Assembly (NCBI GenBank): GCA_010909165.1
Contig: VJWM01000068.1
Span: forward strand, 1,240,001-1,304,000
Direction: 5' to 3'
Source of the DNA: Anthoceros angustus
Lineage: Eukaryota > Plantae > Anthocerotophyta
Length of the DNA stretch: 64,000 bases
Below are positions 50,373 through 62,205 of this stretch, in pieces. The notes under the pieces were generated by a model. That model was given only the letters and a program-made list of their open reading frames with translations. It was not told the origin of the DNA and did no database searches. The position numbers and the translations under genes were made by a program. Every line of letters begins with the position of its first letter. Position 1 is the stretch's first letter.

Positions 50373-50472
50373 GGTTGCTAAGATAGCAACCGGGTCTGTC
50401 CGTTGCTAAGGTAGCAACAGGGTCAGGCGTGGCTAAGATAGCCACAGGTCTGAGTGTTGTTAGGATAGTAGC
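50373..50472. repeat. Four palindromic units with 27-28 bp period
   Basis: GTTGCTA-AGA-TAGCAAC, GTTGCTA-AGG-TAGCAAC, GTGGCTA-AGA-TAGCCAC and a degenerate fourth unit. Confidence 0.8.
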
Positions 50473-50934
50473 CTGGTCTGAAGCGCTAGATGTTTGGTGT
50501 GTCTGTGTTTGGTTGGATTGGCTATGTTTTGGTTGTCTTGACACGAAATCACTCCCTTGGGTACGAATCTCAAGTCTACAACGATAAAGAGGGTAAATGT
50601 GGCCTCTTTGTGACCACTTGGTTTAGAAAATCACTCCACATAGGGTCTTGAGGTGCGGTGACCAGGGCGAGGGCTGTGCTCACGCCTTCCTTTGTTGAGG
50701 TAGCAGCTAGGGAGTGTGTGAGCGGTAAGGGAGCGGCGCCGTAGCTGCAGAGACGGAGCGGAAGGCTGGTAAAGGGAGGTCCCTTGTAAAACCCAGTGCG
50801 CGAGAGGTCTGTTGCAACTAGGTGTCTGGCCTAGGTGCGTGAGGGCACTGCCCTGTGATATGAGGCAGCTGGTGGGGAGCCAGGAGGGCGCCCAGGGCTG
50901 ATAGGTAGCTAGGAAGAGTGGAAGAGGTAGATTA

Positions 50935-51300
50935 GAGAAGAGAGGAGAAAAGAGGAGAAAAGAGAAAAGAGAAAAGAGAAAAGAGAAAAGAGAAAAGAGA
51001 AAAGAGAAAAGAGAAAAGAGAAAAGAGAAAAGAGAAAAGAGAAAAGAGAAAAGAGAAAAGAGAAAAGAGAAAAGAGAAAAGAGAAAAGAGAAAAGAGAAA
51101 AGAGAAAAGAGAAAAGAGAAAAGAGAAAAGAGAAAAGAGAAAGAAGAGAAGAGAAGAGAAAAGAGAAAAGAGAAAAGAGAAAAGAGAAAAGAGAAAAGAG
51201 AAAAGAGAAAAGAGAAAAGAGAAAAGAGAAAAGAGAAAAGAGAAAAGAGAAAAGAGAAAAGAGAAAAGAGAAAAGAGAAAAGAGAAAAGAGAAAAGAAAG
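50935..51300. repeat. (GAAAAGA)n heptamer satellite, about 50 units
   Basis: Near-perfect 7-bp periodicity, directly visible. Confidence 0.98.
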
Positions 51301-51479
51301 CGAGAGAGAACGAGAGAGGAACTAGCAGGCTGGAACTTTTTCTGCTCCTTTTTGACACTCGCATGGGAAATACTGTTAGGTAGGCATACCGAGTACAAAA
51401 GGGGAGAAGAATAGGTCAAAATGATTCCGTAAGGAGGCAGGTAGGTGGCGAAAGAGATGGTCGACGCCATCACGTGCTG

Positions 51480-54400
51480 CCACCCACCCTACCTCGGTGG
51501 GTCGGGAAGCCCAACGAGAGGGCAGCCATCGCCAGAGGTCGACAAGACACCATCGTAGGTTGAGGGCTGCGAACCAAAGTAGGAATTAAGGGATAGGTGG
51601 AGCTACTATATATGTTCACCAATAGTAACATAAATAAATAGGCTAAAATAGGGATACGTAATTAGGAGTGTATTTATTAGGGGAACATTAATTAGCGGCC
51701 GAAACCCAAGGAGTAACCTAGAGGGGGAAAATAGTACTTTAGGACCATCTAGGGTAAAGGAGCGGCCACGTGGCACACATCCGAAGAGGAAGGTCCAGAT
51801 TAATCCGCGCCCTCTCTCACCTTGAACTGGAGCATCTCCACTTCGAGCGTAGCGCGAACTCTCGAGCTTGAAGAGAACGGACGATCGGAAACCCTAGCTT
51901 CAGGGTGAAAGGGAGAAAAAGAGGGAAAGGAGACAAGGAAGGCGCCAGGCGGAGAGGAGCGTAAAAGTTCGGGAGACGTCGCAGGCGGGTGGAAGCACTG
52001 GGAAGAGCGGCGGACACAAGGACGGAGGCCGAGCGTGACCCGACGGAGTCAAGAAGGATATGGCTGCACCGTAAACTCAAAGAAATGCGCCTTCACGTTG
52101 GAGAGGAGCTTGACGAAGGAGGTCGGGACCAAGCCAGGGCTAACCACCGATTGTGTGACAGGGTTGCGTCCCACCAGGAGAGTGTTGGGAGAGACACTAG
52201 AGGGCAGGAGGAACTGCACATTGGGAAGCAATTCCTCTTGCGCCCCAAAGCTGTTGGGAAGTAAAACGCTGCTTTCCCTCACAGCCAGCACCATGACGCG
52301 AGGAGCGAAGGGCAAGGGGAAAGAGATGCCCGCCAGAGGCTCGTCCTCAAGAGGGGGCGCACGAAGAGGCAAAAAACCAGCAGCAGGAGGAGTGCCACAG
52401 AAGTGTGGCCGACATCGATGTCGTGATGACATCAAGACGTACCATGTGCTATATAATACCATCCAGGCTACAACCATGTACTCTAGTGACACATCGCAAC
52501 ACACCTTCCAAACCATGCTAAGTCAGCGCGTCGGTCACTCTCATTCCGCAGTCTAAGTTTATAACAACAAAACAAAACAAGAATCCTGACATAATTGTCA
52601 GACCTCATTCAGAGGTTCGAGCTAAATGCATCAGCATCCGCTCAGGTTGAGTGGAGAGTTCCCTAGTCCACAAAAAACGCACATCATCAACGTGCAGAGT
52701 GTGGGCTCATGCTCACTCGATCATGCAACCTATTGTTCCAACCGGATGAATTGCATAGAAAAGAATGCCAATCGTGAGCCATTGCTCAGCCAGTGTCGCG
52801 ACCGCGCTTTCACAGCTACAGACTCTCACAACTGACTCTGGCTACCAACACAGGACCTCTTAAGCTCGTCCCCGTCTCATCCGTCTCCATCTCGTGCCAA
52901 CTGCCTGATTCTCTCCCGCTCCCGCCATCACTCCTCGGTAACTTTGTTCGCGTCATCATTCATGCGCGGATTCTCAACCAAAAGCCTAAATCTACTGGCG
53001 CCCTATTCACATAGGCACCGGCACACTATTGACCTAATCATGTTTTCTGTTACCACGCATTTATACCCACATGCGCGAATTAACCTAGAACCGCTTATGC
53101 TAGCCCTACATATCGCAAAGATGACACCGCACATTGGGAAGCAATTCTCTTACTTCAGTAAAGCTGGCTTCCCTCACAACCAAGACCATGACGCGAGGAG
53201 CGGGCAAGGGAAAGAGATGCCCGCCGAGGCTCGCCCTCAAGAGGGGCGCACGAAGAGGCAAAACCAGCAGCAGGAGGAGTGCCACAAGGAGGCCGCGGCA
53301 AATGCCGCAATTTACTTGTTTTGGGCTCAACCCCAGACCTAGTCGACTTTCGGTAGTAGGTCAAGAAGATAACATCCAATTAGGATGGGTGTATGGCCGC
53401 CAATGGGCCTACACCAATTTGGAGTTGATTGAGGAATGCTTTGTCAATCTTCACCAACCGGAGGCAGTCTTAGCCGCACTGCCGGAGAGAAATGCCAGGA
53501 CTGATCCTCGCTGCTGGACAGTCAGAAGCATCAAGCAAGTGTATGGGAGACCAGAAGAGGAGAGCTCCGGAGTTGCTCTTCTTGAGAGGACGAATGGGGG
53601 GAGGAGAGCCCTCACGGTGGACATTCCCCAAGAGGTCTTGGACCTCATCGATGGGGGGATGAAAGCTAAAACGAAGAATGGCTGGAAGACGGAAAACATC
53701 AAGGAGCTCAAGTGGAGACTCTTCGCCAAGATTGTATTGGGATTGGTAAATTATCAGCTCACCTCTTATTTTAGCACCAATTTCTTACAGTTCTTATGGA
53801 AGATTGTAAGAGGAGCCAAGCCAGACTGGGGGACCATAATGTATGAGGCGTACATCCATCATAGGGAGAAGCTTCTCAAGCCCAATGCGGTGGATGAGGG
53901 AAGTGCAAGGCCTTGGTACCTCAGCACTTACCTGGTACATTTATGGGAAACGGAAGGGCTCTTGACCAGCAAAGAGCTGGAGGACTCATGGCACCCTTTT
54001 GAGATCATATACCTCCACCTAGCCTAGAAAGGCCTTTGCCTTCGCCTGTGGAGGACCATGGGAGGACAAACTTCCTCAAGTGTCACACCACCAGGGCCGA
54101 GAGTTGAAGAAGTGTAGCAGTATCGATGGGGTTGCCGGAAAGAGAGGATCTCCCCTCACATGTGCCTCATAGAGACGAGCAGGAGATGCAGGCCAATGAG
54201 GGCCAAGTGGTAGTGTATTTGGGCGCTCCTACCGCAGTAGGAGGGCAGCCTACCATGGTAGGAAGAACATTTCCGAGGGTGGGGGGCTTTCCCACCATTT
54301 CTTTTGTGCCAGACGGAGAAGCACCTAAGCTACCTACGGAGGTAGGTAAGCTACCTCAGTAGGCCAAGAACCCACGGGAGGTAAGCTACCCACGCCAGTA

Positions 54401-55686
54401 GGGACCGGGTAGGTGAGCCGTCTACGGTGGCGAGGTAGGAGAAGGAACGCGGCGCCAAGGGCGCGCCAAGACCGCCCGAGGAAGCGGCGGAGCACCACCG
54501 CAAGGGTTCACTCCCATCGCCAGGGCCGTGAGACCGAGCTGAGATGCGAGGGCGCCGAAAGCCCTCAGCAAAAGGCCAGAGGGGTCTGACTTGGGACCCC
54601 TAGGGAGAAGTGCTAAGTGTCTACGAGACACTTAGCTGGGTGGACTTGAAGAAGGCGAGGGACATGGCAACCTCCCTTCTAGCATGTCAAGAAGAAATCG
54701 TGGCAATAAGGCTCGGAGACGGAAGAAGGCGTGGGACCCAATGGCAACTTGAAGCCATGGAGTCCGACGAAAGCGCGGTTGGGGAAAGAAGTGGAGAAAA
54801 TCCAACGAGACCTCCAACCATCGGGCGGAGAAGATTTTGGAGGAAGTTGTCCCAGTGCAGAGAGCCCACAAAGCCACCACACAACGAGATACCGCGATAG
54901 AAGGCCGAAATCATTACGCCTAACTAGAGCAAGAGCGCGGGCAAAATCAAGCTCTAGGAAAGGAGAAGAAAGCGGCCCAGCAGTGGAAGCACAGAGCAGA
55001 TTTTACCCAAGCCATCAAAATCCGGGATGTGGAAGAAGAGCTACGAAGACCCGTTGAGCTTGAAAGTGAGGAGCACGGAGCTAGTTCAGCAAGATCTCCA
55101 AGTGCAAGGGCTGGAACGTGAGAAGGATGCTTGGCAGGAGGAACGGGAGAGATTGGCCAAGCGAGTGACTGACCTGGAGCTAAGAAGGATCCAGGAGGAG
55201 GAGCACCACAAGAAAGTGGTGCATAGAATGTTGGTGGTCAGAAAGAGGCGTTTCCGGGCAGATTATGCCCTACAATCGAAACTGACCGACCAACTCAAAG
55301 AGGCCAAAGATGAGAATGTCGCCCTTCATGTAAGGGTGGGAGAGTTGACGATGGCCTGAGATGCCTACAAGGGTAGGTGTGAGGAAGGAGAGTGGCCTGC
55401 CGAGCTCGACGACCTCGAGCTGCAGTATCAGAGCCTAGGAGCACATCTCCACAATCGAGTCCTGAAGACCAAGAATGAGGTGCTCTGTCTTGCGAAGAGG
55501 AGGACCTTGGGGCCTCATGACGATGACCGGGAGACTCTCCTACAGGTGAGACTGGAGGCCTCGGATTTTGACGAGGCCACAAGTGGTATGGACTCCGAGG
55601 GGTCAGAAGAGAGGGGAGAGGGGGACGAACCCCCAGCGCCAAGAGAAGGAGAGAGCTCAGAAGGCATGGTAGGCACGCTTCAAACC
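51480..55686. mobile_element. Another copy of the gypsy accessory region; best-preserved ORF 53134..54027 plus coiled-coil remnants
   Basis: RTDPRCWTVRSIKQVYGRPEEESSGV..KTKNGWKTENIKELKWRLF..LSTYLVHLW matches the 46355 ORF; LGPHDDDRE is shared with the 47941 ORF. 52217-52403 is duplicated at 53130-53290 around a ~730-bp insert. Confidence 0.7.
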
Positions 55687-56265
55687 GCCCAGATTCTTTT
55701 ACTCCTCATGCCTTGTCACCGCACAAGATCGGATAACATGATACGAATTGGGTATGCTTCATCTTTCACACTGCAAGGCCCGTGACCAACCAAAGAAAAT
55801 TTGCTACTCACCACATTCATGAGGCCAAAATAAGTTGGGCCATAAGGCAAGTGAGATAACAAGGTCATCAGTTTCCTCGATGCTCATGAACCATCACAAG
55901 ATCAAGTCATTTGCTGGATGCCTTGACACGAGATGACCTAAAACACGACCACGATCAAGACGGTTGATGACCGACACCATCAATCGGGGACAAGATGACG
56001 AGAAGGATGGAGAAGTTTGCAACTCACCGACCTCCACGGTTTATCCTTTGTGCATTTGGCAACACTATCTTGAGCTCTACAAAAGACAAGAACGCCACTT
56101 GGAAACTCGCATGTGACTTTTTACCACATCCGCGTAGAAACAAACTTTCACTCGGATACACACCTTCACGAATTGGGTGAGCATCACTGGGATGCCTGAG
56201 CGTGGTGAGCGGATTTTGGGATCCTTGTCACCGCGGCGATGCTGGCCGATGCCACCATCTCTAGA
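55687..56265 (-). pseudogene. IMP4: Second, more truncated and degraded IMP4 fragment
   Basis: Colinear with 6118-6757 (ELKIVLPNAQRINRGG and HEHRG exons), with many small deletions. Confidence 0.85.
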
Positions 56266-56759
56266 AATTCACGAAAATACAAACTCTCGTGTTCGCAGCT
56301 AGTGAGCCCTAGTGGTGGATTCGAGTTTTACTTGTCTCGCAGCTAATGCTAGGTTTGAAACTCAATGGTCAATCGGTTCTATCGAGTGGAATTTTATTGA
56401 AATAGGTATAGAAAGGTGGGTGATCGCATCCACCTCAAAACCCTAAACCCCTTTGAAGGAAGAAGGTTTTAAATAGGACTCTCATTACACCTGTATGGTA
56501 GGTAGGAACACTAGGTGTACATATATAGTTTTGAGCTTGGCAATCTAAAAAATTTGAACTTCCGAGAGTGAATGACTAGAAATGTGCATGGCTAACATAC
56601 ATTCGTAGAATTAGGATGGAGGGAGAAGTTGAAGCCAACTTCGTTCACGAATTGTTGAAGCCAAGAGAATATTCAATGTGGTATAAGGTTGAAGCCACAT
56701 AACAAACACAGCGCAGAGTGCAGATGCCATATCACTGCTGTCTAAGAGTGTAGTGGTTT

Positions 56760-57195
56760 GCACAGGTATTCAGAAGACCAGCAAAAGTAATTGGTCAGCC
56801 AGGGTGAGGCCCTCCTGTTCCATTTGTACATTCAGGGCATTCAATCCTCCTTCACTCCTGACCAACGGGCTTTTTTCACAATTTTGAGTGTGCAGCTGCC
56901 TGCCCTCCTGCAGGGCACCACACTTTTGTGGCCAAACTGTGATAAACCCTGCAGGCATCTTCAGTCCCCACATTTTGCATACATGCCCACCAGGCAAGTG
57001 TCAACAACAAGTTACGAGGAATGCCATTGTTGAACACATTCCAGTGCACTCTTCTGCCAGATTCCGAGGTGGCGGCAAATGCACAACCCTGGATGGCAGC
57101 TACCAAGACGCAGCATCCGCCTTCGGACCTGTCTTACACATCTCATGCCACAGTTGTATGGCCTCATGATTAGGTTTACCATGCTTAGCATGTGC
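56760..57195 (-). pseudogene. PPR gene fragment (paralogue of 8830-9470)
   Basis: MEQEGLTLADQLL, CGALQEGRQLHTQ, VAAIQGCAFAA. Confidence 0.78.
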
Positions 57196-57789
57196 AGAAG
57201 AAGAAGAAGAAGAAGAAGAAGAAGAAGAAGAATTTTATTGAAGTCCACTAAGGACGGATTTCCGTCATGGAACACACATATGCAGAGCTTATGGAGAACC
57301 ACATGGAGGAATCTGGTAGCATCGCTGAAAAGTAAGGAATGGTCAAGCCGTGGAAATGCAAGCACTGCAGGTTCACATTTTCTTTAACTGGCTTGCTGTA
57401 AAACCATTGAATTTGGAGGATCATTGAATGGCGGATCTTTGCAGAAGATGAAGGTTGCATAGCTATGATTTATTGCCGAAGGAGTGGACAGGCAAGCGGA
57501 ACATGACTGTACTGGCACAACATGTGCATCTGCAAAACAAGAGATGGTTCCATTTGCAACTGACTCGTACCAAGTTTGACAGTGAGCACACTCAAATGCT
57601 GCTAAAGCATACACTCCTTGTCCAGGCTCGATGCCGCTGATTGCCTGCGGCTGAATTCCAGCCCTTCCAGTTCAGCCCCAGCCCTTCCAGCCTTACTGAT
57701 TGGACGAGAGATGTCCCGTCTTCCATCAATCCTGTTATCCCTCTCAAGCCATCAGGGCCATTCCTACATGTATCATTCATGGCACCAGC

Positions 57790-59990
57790 CTAACCTTCGG
57801 GCATCCCTACCTTCACAGAAGAGAATGACGAGCTTTGCAACCGGGTCATCTCCAGTGACTCGTCGGGCTTTATAGTTTGCTGGGGACTCCGATGGTTATC
57901 TGCTGTGTAAACCGCAACTGGTTTACATCTTGGGAGCGAAGGTAGTTCAACCTCTTGGTTCAAGATCTGCTGCACGCGCCTAGTAGAAGGCCTCAAGCTG
58001 GGATCCGGGTGGGTGCACATCAAGCCGACATGTAGCACACAGGTTAGGTCCCTAGGATCAAACTTTCCCGCCAGTGCTGGATCCGCCACACCCAGAAGGT
58101 TGCCAGCTTCTAGCATCTGCCACACCCAGTCCAGTAGCTGAACTCCTGGTTGGGGATTACTGGTCTCCTGCCGCTGGCCACCTCCAGCAACAAAACCCCA
58201 AAGCTGAAAAGATCCGACTTGGCCGTGGCCTGCCAGATAGGGCAAGCTCCGGCGGCATGTAGCCAAAGGTCCCAGCTAAGTGTGAGCGCGAGGCCCGTGG
58301 CGAAGGTCTCCTCCACCAGGCGGGACAAGCGAAGTCTCCCAGCCAGGCTTCCATGTTGGAATCCAGCAGCACGTTGGCCGGCTTGATGTCCCTGTGCAGA
58401 ATGCACTTCCTCCACTCCGTGTGGATGTACACCAAAGCCGTTGCAATCCCTCGGACAATGTGAAATCTGTCTGTCCAGGATAGCACCTGCTGACTGGAGT
58501 AGAGGTGACGATCCAGGCTGCGGTTAGGCATGTAGTCGTACACGAGCAGGAGCTCGTCCCGCCCTGGCACCAGCCACGGAGATGCACCAGGTTCCTGTGC
58601 CTGAGCTGCCCAAGATCTTTAGCTCCGCACGGAACTCCTTGGATCCCTGCCTTGAATCCTGCGCGATCCTTTTGATGGCTACCTCGACATCTGAGTCCCC
58701 CATCGGCATTACCCCCCGGTACACAGTCCCGAACCCGCCTTTCCCGAGGATCTGTGATTTGCTGAACCCTAGAGTCGCCTTCTTCAGCTCCTGGTAGGTG
58801 AATGGGCGAGTCCAGTGGGTGATATCTGCATCCTCCACGGAAGAAGTGCCTGACGGGTCGGAGCTCCTTGCTGTGGACGATGTTGATGCTTTGTCCGTGA
58901 TGCGAGCACTGAGGGACTCCGGGCCATCCTTCCCGGAAGATCCACCACATCTGCAACAAAAGAAGCAGCCAAGGCCGCAGCCAAGAGCAACTACCAGCAC
59001 AGCTGCTCCAGTTGCAACCCCTGCAACCAGGCCAGTGCTGCTCTTCTTGACTGCCTGAGGCTCAGGCTCAGGCGCCGCGGTTGGAGGTGGGGGTGGGGGT
59101 GAGGGTGAGGGTGCGGGTGCAGGCGGGGGTGGTTGTGGCAGGCCACTGGTGGAGAAGGTCCATTCGTAGATGTAGACGTTCTGTTCTGTGCCGTCGCCTG
59201 TGCTAGCCGTGAATCCGACATAGGAATACTCTTGAACGATGCTGGAAACGTTCAAGCTGCTGTAAGCACAAGAGAAGCACCAGATTTCTGATTTCCGCTG
59301 GCATACGCTGACATGTACACCCACAGCTCCTGCGCGTCCGCAGAATAGTCGACCCAAACTGACAAGGTAGGACCCTCTGTCCCTGAGTAGTCAGCGAGCG
59401 TAATGCTGTACTCCGTCAGGTTGGTCGTCGTGGCAGAAGCAATGCTGTTGATGTCCAGCCCCACGTGGTTCGAATCGTTCTGGGATCCCATTCATTGCAA
59501 AAGTCGTCGAACTCCACGGCCAAGACTTGAAAACTGGGATTCGCGGCAGGGTCGAACTGGGAGTTGTTACTGAGACCGAGACCACCGCCGAAGCTGTGAT
59601 TAGGCAGCTCGTAGCTAGGAGCGATGATAAAGGTCATCCCATCTGCCGCGTAGCCTGTATACGGAACTTTCATGGCGAAGGTGAAGGAGACGTTGAAGGA
59701 AGCTTTCACACCAGTGGCCGCATCATAGAACTGCACAGGCTCGCCATACACTGCTCTGGACACCAAGTCCTGACCTGTCGTCATCGTGGCGTCGCTCGAA
59801 TCGAGGTGCAAAGCGCCTGACTCCAGTGTGCAGTTGCCTTCCAGCCGCATCACCCCGTTCGCTGAATCTGTGAAGTTGCGAGAGAAAGAAAAGTACACAT
59901 TCCCCGAGCTCACATTCTGCGCACGGCAGCTCAACATCACGGCCAGCAGAGGAAGCACAAGGCGCACATGCTGTGCAGCTGGGGCAGCAT
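57790..59990 (-). CDS. L-type lectin receptor-like kinase, second copy, several frameshifts
   Basis: Same domain order as 9976-12157: FTYQELKKATLGFSKSQILGKGGFG, HRDIKPANVLLD, LAGTFGYMPPELA. Frameshifts lie at different positions from copy 1. Confidence 0.95.
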
Positions 59991-60877
59991 CTCGTCTTTG
60001 TCTAGCAGGCCAGGGCCCGATACCTCCCAAGCTGCTCGCAAGTTGTGCACAGTGAAAGCGTTCGGGGATCGGACATGGAGCGAGGAAGGAAGGAAGGAAG
60101 GAGGCAAACGAAGGCCCCCGCGGCGAGGTCCGATTCCCTGTCCCCAAACCTTGGGGTTTGATGCAACCCTGGGCATGCACCACATCTACTGGAGGAGGTC
60201 CTGGTGGACGCTGCCCACCACGCTGACGCGACCTTCGGTGATCCTCATTCAACCACTCGCTTCGATGACGTCTTCAGCGTCAGCCCCACGCTTAACTTAC
60301 GTTGGCGCCGGGTCTGGTATCCCTGACAACACCGTGTTTCCAGCAAGCGCTGCCAGGCGCCAGTCACAGGCAATGGCAGTGAAATCAATAAAAGATGGCA
60401 TTCTATACATCAGTTCAGTTGTGTGTCCACCAAAGCCGGGACCCTCCGGCACCAATCCTGTGCGGTCCGCTCGCGAACTTCCAAAACGGTGACCGAGTCG
60501 TGTTGTTCCTTCATCCGCTTCAGGGCTTCAGGGCAGGGCGCTTCCCTGAAATTTGCGCGCGCTCTTCATGCCAAGTTCTCACATGAGAGATGTGTGGCGG
60601 GAGCGTGGAGGAAAGGTTGAAATGGACGGAGGTGTTGCTGAAGGTGCAGGAGCAGGAGCATCCTCCTGCTGCCTAAGCTCAACAACATAGTGTACGGCCG
60701 GATGTGGTTCTGGTTCTGTTCGAGGATGGCACGGCCGGTTGTGAGGACTGTTTTGCCTGTTCCAGAGAGGGACAGCGAGTTTTGGGAGGATTGCGTCATT
60801 CAGTGTGAAGATGGCCGACCTTGTCATGGAGGCGCACACTCCTGCTCCGCCCAAGCCAGGGGTGCTGGGATGGGCAA

Positions 60878-61970
60878 CCCCCTGTCATTTTGACCCCGTC
60901 CCAAGCTCGGTCCCGGTCCCGGCATGTGTTAGTAAAAACATGGGACGGGAGGTTCTTCAAGAGTCCGGCCTATTACCCTCGGGCACCGAGGGTTCATAAA
61001 AGGTTCGGTTTAAAATTAATAAATTATTTAATATTATATCCAAGGATTTATATTTATTATGGACACATGGATATCTTATTATGGACGCAGTTTGTAGTCC
61101 GCCGTCCGCAGTCTTTTATATTATTATTTATAAATTATTTATTTAATATTTATTATATTTAATGACCAAGGGTCGCAAAAAGGCACGGTCCCTGCTCGGT
61201 CCGGGACCGTAGCCAGGCTAGGCGGTCCCGGGGACTGAGCTAGTACAGTCAAACCCCTCTAATTGGGACCCCTATAAATGGGAACCCCCTTTAAATGGGA
61301 CGCCCGGGCTTACTCCCTTGAATGTGCTACATGCTAAATGGGAAACCCCTCTAATTTGTAAATGGGAACATGTCTTCCAAACATTCAATGCAAGTACACC
61401 TCTGTAAAAGGGAAAATACATATTTTTAAAAATAGAAAAATTGAGGAAATCGTCTTATCGAGATTACGTATATTCTGAGAGGATGAAATATGGCAAGCAT
61501 TAATTCCTCCGCCACAATGAGGAGGGTGAGGAGAATAATCTGACGTTAGTGGAGACCATAGCGCCAAGACCGCGTCGACAAAGGATCTGTAGATAATGCT
61601 ATGAGGATAGCGAAGATGTTTTTGGAAGAGATGCACATAACACTCTTGATGCTTTGAAGTTGCATTCTCAGTTGGAAAACATATTGCTAGTCATTGGATG
61701 AAAGCAACTCGGCATCAATCAAGAATTGATGATTATTTTAACGGCAACTAGAATTAGGTTGGCAGCTATGTAGTATGAGGGAGCATTTTGGATTTTTGGA
61801 AGCTTTTAAGCTCTTTCGAATTTTTGATTTAAAAGATTTTTGATTTTTAATATTTATTTTCAAAAAGATGAAAATGCCTAAACGGGAACCCTCTAAATGG
61901 GACGATTTTGCTACTCCCAATTGTTCCCAATTAGAGGGGTCTGACTGTACTCAGTCAAAATGATACCCTG
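60878..61970. mobile_element. Probable non-autonomous hAT-like element hosting the pogo MITE
   Basis: TGTCATTTTGAC near 60883 pairs with GTCAAAATGATACCCTG (61954-61970, a CAGGG-type end). GTCCC/GGGAC subterminal motifs and an AT-rich core. The left TIR is imperfect. Confidence 0.5.
61246..61947. mobile_element. Non-autonomous Tc1/mariner (pogo-like) element, 702 bp
   Basis: TIRs CAGTCAAACCCCTCTAATTGGGA and TCCCAATTAGAGGGGTCTGACTG (one mismatch). TA target duplication at 61244-45 and 61948-49. Repeated AAATGGGA subterminal motifs. Confidence 0.95.
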
Positions 61971-62205
61971 AATTGGGCAACTGAGGGCCCGTCCCTCACT
62001 TTCCTCACCAATTAATGTGGCCGGGGGTGGATTAGGTCAGCCGGAAGGCGCTCCCCAGCTGCAACCAGGGCTTAGGGCATGGCAGGAAGGAGTCGGCTGC
62101 CAAAGGCTGCAGCTGGGGCGTCTGGAGCAGCTCGAGCAAGCTAGGAAGGAGAAGGAGGCTGCCCGTGCCAGGCGGGAAGCTCAGGCTGGGAAACGGAGAC
62201 ACTCA

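Noticed and set aside
50631-51473. 280-aa and 151-aa Phe/Ser/Leu-rich ORFs
   Set aside because: Translations of the (GAAAAGA)n satellite, not genes.
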